A stretch of DNA of 64,000 nucleotides, taken from the NCBI RefSeq assembly GCF_964213995.1, contig NW_027590275.1, forward strand, positions 248,001-312,000, written 5' to 3'. The DNA is from Mustelus asterias. Its lineage: Eukaryota. A model generated the notes under the pieces. That model ran no database searches and was not told the DNA's origin. It worked only from the letters and a program-made list of their open reading frames with translations. This document shows positions 38,888-52,415 of the stretch, piece after piece; positions within the stretch are counted from its first letter, which is position 1, and the number at the start of each line of letters is the position of its first letter. The position numbers were made by a program, and so were the translations under genes.

Positions 38888-39960
38888 TATTAACTCTCTC
38901 TCCAATCTATTACTGTGTGCCAGTGTGGAATTAACTCTCAATCTATTACTATGTGTGTGGAGTTAAGTCTCCCTCAATCTATTACAGTGTCAGCGTGGAA
39001 TTAACTCTCTCTGTCTATCTATTACTGTGTCTGTGTGCAATTAACTCTCTCAATCTATTTTTGTGTTCGAGTGTGGAATTAACTCTCTCAATTTATTACT
39101 GTGTGAAAGTGTGGAATTAACTCTCTCTCAATCTATTACTGTATGTGAGCGTTGAACTAACTCACTCTCAATCTATTCCTGTGTCAGTGTGGAATTAACT
39201 CTCTCACAATCTATTACTGTGTGTACGTGTGGAATTAACTCCCTCTCAATCTGTTGCTGTGTGAGAGCATGGAATTAACTCTCAATCTATTCCTGTGTGT
39301 GAATGTGGAATTGACTCTCTCTCAATCTATTACAGTGAGAGAGTGTGGAATTAGCTCTCTCTCAATCTATTTCAGTGTCAGTGTGGAATTAACTCTTTCT
39401 GAATCTATTACTGTGTGGGAACATGAAATAACTCTCAATCTAATGCTGTGTGTGGGTGTGGAATTAACTCTCTCTCAATCGATTAGTGTGTCTGAATGTG
39501 GAATTAACTCTCTCTCAATCTATTACTGTGCATGAGTGTGGAATTAACATTTTCTCAATCTATTACTGTGAGAGAGTGTGGAATTAACTCTCTCAATCTA
39601 TTACTGTGTGTGAGTGTGGAATTAACGCTGTCAGCCATTCTCTGTTCATGTGTTTCAGTATGGAATTACATCAGTTCATCTATATTAGTGAATGCGAGGA
39701 TGGAATTAAATCTGTATTTGTTATTCACTATTACTGAATGTGAGTGGGACATTAACTCTCTGTTCATCGCTGTTATAGCATGTGAGAGTGGAATTAACTG
39801 TCAGTCTTGGTTATTGTGTATGAATGTAGCATTAACTCTTGCTCAGTAGAATTGAATGTGTAATTAACTCTGGCTGTGTTACTGTTTTTTAGTGTGAAAT
39901 TAATTCTCTATCCTTTAATCACCATCACTGTGTTTTTGTTTGGAATTACCATTGTGTCAA
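38888..39960 (+). repeat. Minisatellite I, right part, decaying distally
   Basis: Same unit; increasingly diverged after about 39630. Confidence 0.93.
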
Positions 39961-40069
39961 TCTCTGTTACTGCATCTGAATGTGTAATTCACTCCCTATC
40001 TATCAATAATAATGTGTGAAATTATCTCACTGTCTGTCAGTCTCTGTTACTGCATGGAAGTGGGTCACT

Positions 40070-41270
40070 GTCAGCTTAGCAAACTGCTGCTTGCAGAGAG
40101 CCACATGGATCAGTGCTAGGTTCTCAGCTATTTACAATCTATATTAATGGCCCAGATGAAGGGACAGACCATCACAAAATTTTCAGACAATACATAAATA
40201 AGTGGGAAAGTAGGTTGTGAGGAGGACACAAAGAGTCTGTAAGGAGATATAGCGAGGTTAAGTGAATGGACACAAATTTGTCAGGTAGGATACAATGTGG
40301 GAAAATGTGAGGCTTTCCACTTCAGTGGGAAGGATGGGAAGGCAGAACATTATTTAAGTAGAGGGGAAGATACAGCAGATTGATCCAGAAAAGGAGGAAA
40401 TAACTCTAATTATAAGTACATATGTGGCGTATCAAAGTAGGGAAATGTTGCTACAAATACATGATATTGCTGAGTTTAAAGGTTTTCTCTGATTTAAAGA
40501 GGGAAATAGAGGGCGGCACGGTAGCACAGTGGTTAGCACTGCTGCTTCACAGCTCCAGGGTCCCGGGTTCAATTCCCGGCTCGGGTCACTGTCTGTGTGG
40601 AGTTTGCACATTCTCCTCGTGTCTGCGTGGGTTTCCTCCGGGTGCTCCGGTTTCCTCCCACAGTCCAAAGATGTGCGGGTTAGGTTGATTGGCCAGGTTA
40701 AAAATTGCCCCTTAGAGTCCTGAGATGTGTTGGTTAGAGGGATTAGCGGGTAAATATGTGGGGATAGGGGCTGGGTGGGATTGTGGTCGGTGCAGACTCG
40801 ATGGGCCGAATGGCCTCCTTCTGCACTGTAGGGTTTCTATGATTTCTATGATACTTGTATTGGAGGCAGTGAAGATTCACTCGGCTGATTGCTGAGATGA
40901 AGGAGTTATCTTATGAGGAAAGTTCAATCAAGTTGAGCCGATCTCATAGAAGTTGAGAAGAATGAGAGATGATCAGATTGAAACATTGAAGGATCTGAGG
41001 GAATTGGACAGGGTAGATATCGAGAGGAATGTTTTCATTTGTGGGCAAAATTAAAACTAGAGGACATAGTTAAAAATAAAGTATGCCCCACTCTAGATGG
41101 AGATGAGAAGAAATTTCTCCCCTCAAAATGTCCTTAATTTGTGGAATTTAACAGATTCCATCCTAAGTTAGAAAGAGTTTTGATCTACAGGAGAGACAAG
41201 GGTTATGGGGCAGGCAATTAAATGGAGTTGAGGCCATAATCACATTAATCATGATCTTACCGAATTTGAT
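40070..41270 (+). mobile_element. Old CR1 fragment interrupted by a SINE
   Basis: ggatcagtgctagg..tatattaat; agatgagaagaaatttc; degenerate. Confidence 0.7.
40511..40852 (+). mobile_element. Full-length young HE1/V-SINE
   Basis: gggcggcacggtagcacagtggttagc..ggttcaattcc; V core; tail tttctatgatttctatga. Confidence 0.95.
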
Positions 41271-41960
41271 GTCAATGTGGGACTAACTCTCTGTTAGGCT
41301 CTGTTCCAGTATTTCAGTGTGAAATTAACTCAAGCTTGATACTGCATATGAGTGCAGAACTGATTTGCTGTCGATTATTTATTCTATATGAGACTGCAAT
41401 GTCTCTGCCAGTCTCTGTTCCTGTACAGGAAACTTTGATGAGAAATGTTTGGGCTCGACTGGTCTCAAATGTACTCAGGTTTAAAGCCATCAGCTTTTCC
41501 TCCATCAACACTCCAGTTCAAAGCCAGCCAACAAGAACGTACCTTCACAGAACATCCACCCTAATTCCAAAGGGGTCTTCATTTGTCTATTTCAGGCCTC
41601 AGTTTTCTGAACAGCTGCAATATTTCACCGGTAAAATCATGTGGATACTGAACATCTGAAACAAAGTGAAAATTCTGGAATGACTCAACAGGTCAGGCAG
41701 GTCAGAGAGAAACAGAGTTCATGTTTCAGCTCTCTGACAATTGGCTTGCATTAAAACACGTACTGATGTCTGTGAATGGCAGCAGCCATTAATTCCCACA
41801 TGAGGAATTAATGGTGTTGTGGTATTGTCACTGGACCATGATCCAGAGTAATGCAATGGGACCTGAATATCACCACAACAGAGTGACATTTGAGCTCAAT
41901 AAACAACTGGAAATAAAGGTCTAATGATGGCCATGTCGTAAAAACTCACTGGATTCACTG

Positions 41961-42794
41961 ACAGGATGCAAAGTTGGGCCGAGAGGTGGCGGATGGAGTT
42001 TAATGCGGAGAAGTGTGAGGTAATTCACTTTGGTAGGAATAACAGATGTGTTGAGTATAGGGCTAACGGGAGGACTTTGAATAGTGTGGAGGAGCAGAGG
42101 GATCTAGGTGTATGTGTGCATAGATCCCTGAAAGTTGGGAATCAAGTAGATAAGGTTGTTAAGAAGGCATATGGTGTCTTGGCGTTTATTGGTAGGGGGA
42201 TTGAATTTAGGAGTCGTAGCGTTATGTTGCAACTGTACACAACTCTGGTGCGGCCGCACTTGGAGTACTGTGTGCAGTTCTGGTCCCCACATTACAGGAA
42301 GGATGTGGAGGCTTTGGAGAGGGTGCAGAGGAGGTTTACCAGGATGTTGCCTGGTATGGAGGGGAGATCCTATGAGGAGAGGCTGAGGGATTTGGGATTG
42401 TTTTCGCTGGAAAGGCGGTGGCTAAGAGGGGATCTTATTGAAACATATAAGATGATTAGAGGTTTAGATAGGGTGGATAGTGATAGCCTTTTTCCTCTGA
42501 TGGAGAAATCCAGCACGAGGGGGCATGGCTTTAAATTGAGGGGGGGTAGTTATAGAACCGATGTCAGGGGTAGGTTCTTTACCCAGAGGGTGGTGAGGGA
42601 TTGGAATGCCCTGCCAGCATCAGTAGTAAATGCGCCTAGTTTGGGGGCGTTTAAGAGATCCGTAGATAGGTTCATGGACGAAAAGAAATTGGTTTAGGTT
42701 GGAGGGTCACAGTTTTTTTTTTAACTGGTCGGTGCAACATCGTGGGCCGAAGGGCCTGTTCTGCGCTGTAATGTTCTATGTTCTATGTTCTATG
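41961..42794 (+). mobile_element. Young CR1 3' fragment (243-aa open frame) inserted into a second-family SINE (about 41810-41960 and 42795-42980)
   Basis: ORF 41966-42697; (ttctatg)3 tail; SINE core split as ggattcact | atgtcccttt. Confidence 0.92.
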
Positions 42795-43245
42795 TCCCTT
42801 TCGGCAAGCAAATCTGCCCACATGACCTCTTCTGGCCTACATGTGACTCCAACCACACAGCAATGTGTTTGACTCTTAAATGCCCTCTGAAATGGCCTAA
42901 CAAGCCACTCAGTTCAAAGGTAATTAGTGCAATGAATGCTGGCCAAGTCAGTGACGCACACATTACATGAATGAATAAAAATAATTATCTGCACCCAGAA
43001 AGCGCTCTATCCAACACACTGACTTGCCCAGGCACTGAGCGTGGGTATGCTCCCCAGGGGCAGCTGCAGGACAATCGGTGCTGGAACTTTCCTCACTGCC
43101 ACTTGTCTCCCATTCCACCAAGCTGCCTGTGTCCTTTTGAAGTTTCCCACTTTCCTCCTCACAGTTGCCAATGCCTCCAAGTTTGGTGGCATGTGGAAAT
43201 GTTGAGCTTGTGTCCTGTACACCAAGGTGTGTGTCATTAATATAT

Positions 43246-43871
43246 TAAGAAGTTTTACAACACCAGGTTAAAGTCCAACAGGTTTATTTGGTAGCAAAAG
43301 CCACACAAGCATTCGAAGCTCTAAGCCCCTTCTTCAGGTGAGTGGGAATTCTGTTCACAAACAGAGTTTATAAAGACACAGACTCAATTTACATGAATAA
43401 TGGTTGGAATGCGAATACTTACAACTAATCAAGTCTTTAAGAAACAAAACAATGGGAGTGGAGAGAGCATCAAGACAGGCTAAAAAGATGTGTATTGTCT
43501 CCAGACAAGACAGCCAGTGAAACTCTGCAGGTCCAGGCAACTGTGGGAGTTACAAATAGTGTGACATGAACCCAATATCCCGGTTGAGGCCGTCCGCGTG
43601 TGTGCGGAACTTGGCTATCAGTTTCTGCTCAGCGACTCTGCGCTGTCGTGTGTCGCGAAGGCCGCCTTGGAGAACGCTTACCCGAATATCAGAGGCCGAA
43701 TGTCCGTGACCGCTGAAGTGCTCCCCAACAGGAAGAGAACAGTCTTGCCTGGTGATTGTCGAGCGGTGTTCATTCATCCGTTGTCGCAGCGTCTGCATAG
43801 TTTCCCCAATGTACCATGCCTTGGGACATGTCCCGAGGCATGGTACATTGGGGAAACTTTGCAGACGCTGC
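43246..43871 (-). mobile_element. Penelope-like element 3' end (GIY-YIG C-terminal part, pLTR, fold-back 5' end)
   Basis: RQRMNEHRSTI..GEHFSG..GLNRDIGFMSHY; pLTR ctgaagaaggggcttagagcttcgaatgctt; palindrome 43786-43871. Confidence 0.92.
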
Positions 43872-45061
43872 TATTACGTTTTGAGCAACAGCAAAAATAA
43901 TTCCTCAGCGGCTCCTTCAAAATGATTTGACATTTCCGCCCAGGATGCTGTAATTTTCTTCCGCTTCTCGCTCCTAGTTAACATTTGAATGAGCAACAGA
44001 TCGCTGAAATGCCATTTACTCACACACGGACACAAGCTGTAAATGTTGCAAAGATATACAAGCCAAGGTTTTTCCCTTTCAGCCCGTTTCTCCCAAACAG
44101 CTGACACAGGCGTGATGATCCGAATGATCTTGAATTATTCACCATCACTCTATGATTGTCCGAATAGAAAAAAAGCTATTTTCTTCAATGAAAACAATCT
44201 AGTGAAGTTTAGACATATTAGCTGCACTATTTCTGATCTACAGGGCGCCCTGCAGTAAGCCACCATGCTTATATGGGCAGCAGCGTCCTCCCTGTGACAT
44301 GTACTATTGAGAAGGACAAGAATATCAGCACAGCGGACACAGCATCACGTTAAAAACAGAGTTAATCCTTATTTGGACAGAAATCACTATTTTTTTCTTA
44401 ATTACTGGTTTAAAACATGAAATTCAGTTCCCAAAATCACCATAAACTGAGAAAGTGAAGTTTCCTTTCTTCAGGTTTGCACATTGCATACACATTGTAT
44501 GAAATACTTTTTTCAGTCTCTCTGATTGTTCCCTTGATTCGCCTCTTCATAGCTGGACGGATTTTAACGTGTTCAGTTTACAACATATTTCACCCTTCTC
44601 GGCCTTACTTCAGGTCAAAACTGTGACCTGCGTGTGTCCTTTCTCCACGCACTGAATGTCTGCCTCTAACATATTGTGGTCACTCAGTGTTTGATGTTTA
44701 TTTACTGTCAGATTATTAATTAATCCTGCTCCTGCCTCATTACTGAAATTCGTGGAACCTTTTGTCTTGTGCTTTCCAAAGCAAGGTGGAGGGCAGGAGT
44801 GATTAAGTAATAAAATAATTGGTGCTGCAAGGCTAAAGGGAGTGTGAAAGGAACAAGTAACAGCAAACAGAGATGTGTCTGAAGGAGGTGTGAATTGAAG
44901 AATGATGAACAACTGCCAGCTGAAAGCAAAATCAAGAGAAAATATAGATGAAAACCAAAAATCAAAATAAAATGGAATCAATTATGACGGTTACTATCAT
45001 ATTAGAAATACGGGCAGGAGTCAGGCCATTCAGCCCCTCAGTCCTGCACCATCATTCAAGA

Positions 45062-45395
45062 AGGGGAGGCGATGGTCTCGTGGTATCATCGCTAGACTAT
45101 TAATCTGGAAACTCAGCTAATGTTCTGGGCACCCAGGTTCGAAACCCTCCACAGCAAATGGTAGAATTTGATTTCAATAAAAAGTAATTTGAAAATAAGA
45201 ATCTAGTGATGGCGATGGAACCATTGTTGGAAAAATCCATCTAGTTCACTAATGTGCTTTAGGGCAGGAAATCTGATGAAATTACCTTGTGTGGCCTACA
45301 TGTGACTTCAGAGCGACAGCAATGTGGTTGACTCGATACGTTGATGGGTAATAAATGCTGGCCAGTGATGCACACATCCTATGAATGGACCAAGG
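45062..45395 (+). mobile_element. Second SINE family, near full length
   Basis: ggggaggcgatgg..ccaggttcgaaacc head; gttcactaatgtgctttagggcaggaaatctg core; taataaatgctgg tail. Confidence 0.75.
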
Positions 45396-45569
45396 AAAAA
45401 GATCATAACTAAAATAATTGTGGCTGCAATTCGACTTTTCGAACTTTTGCAGCAACCATTCACTCCCTTGTATAATCTGTCTAATTTAGCCTAGAACATA
45501 TTCAATGATCCAATCTCAACTGTTGTCTGGGGAAGGGAATTCCACTGACTAACTATCCTCTGAGATGAG

Positions 45570-46495
45570 ATGAGAGTGACTGCCCTTGACATCAAAACAG
45601 GATTTGACCGAGTTCAGCATCAAGGATCCTCAGCGAAAGCAAAGTCGATGGGAATCATGGAAACCTCTCCACTGGTTAGAACTTCATCCAGCATAAAGCC
45701 AGATGGTTGTGGTGGTCAGTCATTTCATCGTCAGGAGACCATTTCCCGAGTTGGTCAAGTTACTGTCCCAGACCCTTCCACCATAAGGTCAGAATTGGAG
45801 ATGCTCGCTGATGACTGTGCAATGTTTAGCACCATTCAGGACTCTTCAGTTACCAAAGCAGCCCATTCCCAAATGCAGCAAGAACTGGACAGTATCCAAG
45901 CTTGGGCTGAGATGTGGCAAATAACAATCACACCACACATGTACCAGACAAAGACCATTTCCAGCAAGAGAGAATCTAACCATTGTCCCTTGACCTTAAA
46001 TGAAATTATATCAATATCTTTGTGATTACCTTCAATTGGACAAGCAATGTAATACAAGGGCTACAAGGCAGGTCAGAGACACAGAATCCCATGGTGAGTA
46101 ACAAAGATCCTGACTGCCAAACACTGTTCACCATCTACCAGGCACAAATCAGGAGTATGATGGATTAATCTCCACTTGCCTGGGTTAATGCAGCACCAGC
46201 AACACTCAAGAGGTTTGACACCATCCCGGACAAAGCATCCCTCATGATTGACATCCCATCTGTAAACACACATGCCCTTGACCACTGACACACAGTGGCA
46301 GCAGTACTTACTACCTCCAAGATGAGCTACTGGAACTCACAAATGTTCCTTCCGTCGCATCTTTCAAACCAAAGAGCACTACCGTCTAGAGAAGGACAAG
46401 AACAGTTGACTCATGGAAACACCATTAAATGGACCTTCCCCTCCAAGTCACTTACCATTCTCACTTGGGAATATATCGCTGTTCCTTCATTGTGG
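45570..46495 (+). mobile_element. Degenerate non-LTR retrotransposon RT and 3' region (CR1/L2 group)
   Basis: ALDIKTGFDRVQHQG, LADDCAMF, IQAWAEMWQ; 3' part resembles 2700-2850. Confidence 0.75.
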
Positions 46496-48259
46496 CTGGA
46501 TTCATTCTGTATCTGTCATTCTCTGGTGCAATATATCTGTACCATATGCCATATGTATCTTGCATTTTTTGCTGCAGGATGCATGTTGCATCATTATTTG
46601 AACCTGTGTTTGGAACAGTAGTTGAGCAAGGGATTTTGTGCATCAGTTACTTTCTGATACTCCAAGTGAATTTGGGACTCATTCTGAATCTCTTAAGAAT
46701 AGCATGTGTGAACATTCAAAATCTGAGCAGGAATAGACCACTCGAGTCTGCTCCTCCATTCTATAACATCATGGCTGATCTGATTTGAACATCGACTCCA
46801 CACTCCTGCCTAACCTTAATACCTTTTACCTCTTTGCTTATCAACAATCTATCTACCTTTGGCTTAAAGACTCCATTTCAGTTAGTGTGTGTGTGTTTGT
46901 GTGTGTGACCATCAGTCAGCGCTATTGTATATGAATTTAAACACAATTCTGAATAGGAATCTTTCTGGTACCACACGAGTGCAGTATTCAGTATTTTCTG
47001 AAATTGTATGAGTTTGGCAGGCATTCTGATCTGCCACAAAGATGGAATATTAGGGTAGGATTTATGTTTCTCTCTCTGGTACCATACGTGATTTGGGGTT
47101 CATTCAGCATCTGAGTATATCTGCTGCTGTTTCTAAAGGGTGCAAATCATGTGTATTGGTCAGACTGTCATAATGTGTGTGAGTGTGGGATCATTCTGAA
47201 TCTGTCACTGGTACTCAGTGTCTGGGATACTGCTATGTAAGTGTGATAATCAGATGTAACTTTCAGTCCCTGGTGCTGTGTGTGCAGCATGAGATTCATT
47301 CATCTAACACTGAGCACATGTTTGAGAATTATCGTGTGTATGTCAGAGTCTATGACTCAATGTGAGCATGGGATTCATCATGTAATCTTCAATCTATTTA
47401 TAAGTTTGGATTCATTCTATATAAATTTCCAGCAAAACAACAGGCCACTGATGTGGTAGGTTTGAAGCAAACAATGTATGTGAATTTCGGCCCAACATTA
47501 AATCTGTGTCACTCTGAACACAATTGTAAAAGATAATGTATCCTTCAATCTGATACTGGATTGCTATGCAAGCTTCACTCAGGTTGTTCACACTGATTTG
47601 ATCTGTGACACTCAGCCTGATTCTGAGGAAGAATTTTGACATGAATGTAAAAGGAAACTCAGTCTGGAATTCATGTAGTATCGTCCATCTGGCTCAGTGT
47701 GAGTGGGGAGTTAGGATTAGTTAATAAGCTATAGTTCAATTCAAAGTAATCAAATTGATGTTGTAACTTTAAGTTTCATAATCTGGGTGAGTTTTCAACT
47801 GGAATCTGAATTTGTATCTCAGGTTATACGAGCTCTCAGAATATCTCAATCTGAGAATGTATTTGAGATTAGGCTTTGTATCGAATGTATTTGTGAGGAT
47901 ACAAACTATGGGCCACTTTTAAACCCCTGATGTGGGTGGTATTTAACTCGAATCTCAGTGTACATTATTAAGGTGCATTGTGTAACTTTTAACCGAAAAC
48001 CATTTGTCAGTTTGATCAGATATTGAATTTGGAGCTGTGGCTGCTCTATTGTGGGATTGACACAGTGATGATCCAATATTAGGTGAGAATTTGGACTGGG
48101 ATTTATGGATCCCCCTATCAATGGCACTGAGTTTGATTTGATGTATTGGTATACAGTGAAAGGTATTGCTTCTTGCGTAAAACGGACGAATCATACCGTT
48201 CATAGAGTAGAGGGGAGAAGGAAAGGAGAGGGTGCAGACTGTAGTGTTAAAAATTCATT

Positions 48260-48335
48260 TACCAGGAGTGGGGTTCGAACCCACGCAGACATATGGCCAT
48301 TGGATCTTAAGCCTTAACCACTCGGCCATTCTGGT
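48260..48335 (-). pseudogene. tRNA-Leu(TAA) gene with a 7-nt deletion of the 5' anticodon stem
   Basis: ACCAGAATGGCCGAGTGGTTAAGGC^TTAAGATCCAATGGCCATATGTCTGCGTGGGTTCGAACCCCACTCCTGGTA; 76 nt instead of 83; T5 terminator at 48249-48253. Confidence 0.92.
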
Positions 48336-49619
48336 ACGAGAACTGGCTGTCAAATAGGCACATCATCTGTCTCTCCTGCTGTTTGGGTCTGTGGAATTGA
48401 TCAGCTGTCTGTGTCTCTGAGCTGTCAGTGACAATGTACGGACTGTGTGTGAGAAGGAGTTGGCGACAATTTCCCCTGTAACTTGTGTGGAGGAAATATC
48501 ACGTTTGTTTTGGATCTGTCAAATATTTGTCTGGGAAACAAAGTACATTTAATATCTCAAATCCAGATTCCGTCAGTTTAATCTCTATGAATAATCATTG
48601 TGAGCGGTTTGTGAGGCTGCAGCCAGACTCTAGCTCTGATTGGTCACTCACATTTCAATCACATTCCTAACCAATCGGGGTGACAGGTCGAAGAAATGGG
48701 AGGGTTTGATTGGTTCACATTTTCAAACTGGAAAAACCCGCCAATTTCAGTGCAGAAAAAAATAAAAAATAACGGAACGCCTGAATGTTCAGGAAACTAT
48801 TTCAATCTCACACTTTATAATCTGTTTATTGTATTTTCCCTCACAGAATCCTGGCGCTATTGTAGGAACAGTTTGAATTTCTCAATCTCTTATCTATAAC
48901 CCGCGGTAATCAGACCCCGTTCAGCAATTTAAAACGGAGCAAATCTTAGCTCAGTGAAAAAAGCAGAACCAAAGAGATCACCAACCAACCCCTTCACACA
49001 GGCTTCACAGGGACAGAGGGAAACGGCTGATTTCTGATCCTATCCCCTGAAAGCGGCCGAGAATGTTACAATGGGAAGTGCGGAGAGAATCCCTGACTCT
49101 ATCCCGCCGGTGGAACAAGGCAGCTTTGTCACCGGAGAAGGAGGAGGGCCTGGGGGAGACAGATCTGAAAAGCGCTGCAATGGACTCAGGTCCTGTGTGT
49201 GCAGAAATCTCAGTGATTCCGTCCTCTGGGAAAGCTGCGGAATAAACAGATCAGCCCGAGAATAACCTCTTCATTCCCGCCTTTACTCTGTTCCGGGAGC
49301 GGCTCCCAGATCGCCCGAGAAAAAAATAATAATTTAATTCAGAGTCGTGAAACTCTGAATATAGTTATAATCAAATTTAAATAATTACCTCCTGATATTT
49401 TTTCTGCCCATTGTCCGTGACGATCACCAGACTGGGATTTAAAATCTGCTCTCAGTTCAGTTTGATTGTCCCTTCAATGTGAAAGTGTGTGTGAGGGGTG
49501 GATATGAATTCCCATTCACAGCATTCCGGAAAGGGACAAATCTCTACCCTCCAGAAAGACATTTCTCATTCACTCAATAAGGGAAAAGATGGCGCAGCTT
49601 TTTCACAGAGATTGTGGGT

Positions 49620-49635
49620 GGCTCTTAAAAGAGCC
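49620..49635 (-). terminator. Histone 3' stem-loop (H2B)
   Basis: Reverse complement GGCTCTTTTAAGAGCC ACCCA; downstream GAAAAAGCTG. Confidence 0.95.
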
Positions 49636-49672
49636 GTTGTGTTTGGGGTGTTTTTCAGTCCATGGGGGAGTT

Positions 49673-50059
49673 TTACTTGGAGCTGGTGTACTTGGTCACC
49701 GCCTTTGTCCCTTCCGACACGGCGTGCTTAGCCAGTTCTCCGGGCAGCAGCAGGCGCACGGCGGTCTGGATCTCCCGGGAGCTGATGGTGCTGCGCTTGT
49801 TGTAATGGGCCAGGCGGGAAGCCTCACCCGCGATGCGCTCGAAAATATCGTTCACGAACGAGTTCATGATGCTCATGGCTTTGGAGGAGATGCCGGTGTC
49901 GGGGTGAACCTGCTTCATCACTTTGTAGATGTAGATGGAGTAACTCTCCTTCCTCGACTTTCGTCGCTTCTTGCCGCCCTTTGTTCCCGGTTTCTTAATC
50001 ACTTTCTTCGCTCCCTTCTTGGGAGCTGGTTTCGATGTTGGTTTCTTCTCATCAGCCAT
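49673..50059 (-). CDS. H2B: Histone H2B (128 aa from MADEKK)
   Basis: [36 protein letters not shown]. Confidence 0.98.
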   Translation of the reverse strand: MADEKKPTSKPAPKKGAKKVIKKPGTKGGKKRRKSRKESYSIYIYKVMKQVHPDTGISSKAMSIMNSFVNDIFERIAGEASRLAHYNKRSTISSREIQTAVRLLLPGELAKHAVSEGTKAVTKYTSSK

Positions 50060-50103
50060 CTTCAATTTCACGCAGAAATAAAGCAAACCCCTTCCGAGCG
50101 CTG

Positions 50104-50170
50104 ATTAAATAGACAGTCCCACAGAACTATGCTAATGAGGAATTGGGAAAGCAATGATTGTGATTGGACA
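50104..50170 (-). promoter_or_regulatory. H2B promoter: TATTTAAT, octamer variant ATTAGCAT, CCAAT
   Basis: Plus strand attaaata 50104, atgctaatgag 50129, gattgg 50162. Confidence 0.75.
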
Positions 50171-50440
50171 TTTTGAAAGTTATTACAGTCACTTATCAGG
50201 GATTCATTTGAGTGAATATGAAAACAGACCAATCTGATTGAGGTGGTTCCCCCAATCACAAGCCTCCTTACTAAATCAGGAAATACATTTTACAAAGAAT
50301 CTCCAGCGCCAGTTTGTCAGTGTGTAAAGATCCACCGGGAAATGTCCCCTGACTGTGGGTGTGAGGGACCGTTCTCCACAGAGGGACTGTGCGGGAGTGT
50401 GGGATTCCTTCAGGAACTGTGAATCTCTGGTAAAGTGTGT

Positions 50441-51182
50441 GAGTGTGGGATTTACTCACTCTCTAACACAGTGTGTGTGTGGAATTTACTCACTCTCTGA
50501 TACAGTGTGTGTGTGGGGGATTTACTCACTCTCTAACACTGTGTGTGTGTGGGATTTACTCACTCTCTGATACAGTGTGTGTGTGGGGGATTTACTCACT
50601 CTCTAACACTGTGTGTGTGGGATTTACTCACTCTCTGATACAGTGTGAGTGTGGGATTTACTCACTCTCTGATGCAGTGTGTGAATGTGGGATTTACTCA
50701 CTCTCGGATACAGCGTGAGTGTGGGATTTACTCACTCTCTGATACAGTGTGAGTGTGGGATTTACTCACTCTCGGATACAGTGTGAGTGTGGGATTTACT
50801 CACTCTCTGACACAGTGTGAGAGTGTGGGATTTACTCACTCTGATACAGTGTGTGAGTGTGGGATCTACTCACTCTCTGATACAGTGTGTGTGTGGGGGA
50901 TTTACTCACTCTCTGATACAGTGTGTGTGTGTGTGTGGGATTTACTCACTCTCTGACACAGTGTGAGAGTGTGGGATTTACTCACTCTGATACAGTGTGT
51001 GAGTGTGGGATCTACTCACTCTCTGATACAGTGTGTGTGTGGGGGATTTACTCACTCTCTGATACAGTGTGTGTGTGTGTGTGGGATTTACTCACTCTCT
51101 GATACAGTGTGTGTGTGGGGGATTTACTCACTCTCTGATACAGTGTGTGTGTGTGTGGGATTTACTCACTCTGATACAGCGT
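50441..51182 (+). repeat. Minisatellite II, ~36-44-nt unit gtgggatttactcactctctgatacagtgt(gt)n
   Basis: About 19 homogeneous tandem units; one more unit at about 52420 beyond the CR1. Confidence 0.95.
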
Positions 51183-51189
51183 GTGAGAC

Positions 51190-52415
51190 CATAAGTTATC
51201 AGAGCAGAATTAGGCCACTCGAACCATCGAGTCTGGTCCGCCAATCATGACTGATATTTTTCTCTTTCCCATTCTCCTGCCTTTTCCCCATAATCCCTGG
51301 TCCCCTTATTAATCAAGTCTATCTATCTCTGTCTTAAAAACACTCAATGACTTGGCCTCCACAGCCTTCTGCGACAAAGAGTTCCACAGATTCACCAGTC
51401 TCTGGCTGAAGAAATTACTCCACATCTCTGTTTTAAAGGATCATCCCTTTAGCCTGAGATTGTGCCCTCTGGTTCTAGTTTTTCCTGATTTTGGAAATAA
51501 CCTCTCCATGTCCACTCTATCCAGGCCTCACAGTATCCTATAAGTTTCAACAAGGTCCCCCCTCATCCTTGTGAACTCAAATGAGTGCAGACCCAGAGTC
51601 CTCATATGACAAGCTTTTCATTCCAGGGATCATTCTTGTGAACCTCCTCTGGGCCCTTTCCAAGGCCAGCACATCCTTCCTTAGATACGGGGCCCAAAGC
51701 TGCTCACAATACTGCAAATGGGGTGTGACTGGAGCCTTGTACAGCCTCAGAAGTACATCACTGCTCTTGTATTGTATCCCTCTCGCAATGAATGCTAACA
51801 TTGCATTTGCCTTCCGAACTGCCAACTGACCCTGCCAGTTAACCTTAAGAGAATCTTGAACAATGACTCCCAAGTCCCTTTGCGCTTCTGATTTCGTCAG
51901 CATTTCCCCATTTAGAAAATAGTCTATGCCTCCATTCCTCCCTCCAAAGTGCATAACCTCACACTTTTCCACATTGTATTCCATCTGCCACTTCTTTGCC
52001 CACTCTCCTAGCCTGTCCAAGTCCTTCTGCAGCCTCCCTGCTTCCTCAATACTACCTGTCCCTCTCCATATCTTTGTATCATCTGCAAACCTAGCAACAG
52101 AGCTTTCACTTCCTGCTTCCAAATTGTTAATGTATATGGTGAAAAGTTGTGGTCCCAGCACTGATCCCTGAGGCACACCACTCAACATCGGCTGCCATCC
52201 TGAAACAGACCTCTTTATCCCCACTCTCTGCCTTCTGCCAGTCAGTCAATCCTCTATCCATGCCTGGATCTTACCCTTAACACCATGGACTCTTAACTTA
52301 TTTAGCAGTCTCCGACTCAGCACCGTGTCAGAGGGCCTTCTGGAAATCTAAATAAATCACGTACACTGGTTCTCCTTTATCGAACTTCCTTTTACCCCCT
52401 CAAAGAACTTTAAAA
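51190..52415 (-). mobile_element. CR1 fragment inserted at the end of minisatellite II
   Basis: [20 protein letters not shown]. Confidence 0.92.

Noticed and set aside
34815-39960. CRISPR-like periodic array
   Set aside because: The intervals are the same degenerate GT-rich sequence rather than unique spacers; eukaryotic context and no cas genes; it is a minisatellite.
50441-51182. CRISPR-like array and Cys-rich ORFs
   Set aside because: Tandem minisatellite with variable (GT)n; the ORFs are translations of the repeat.
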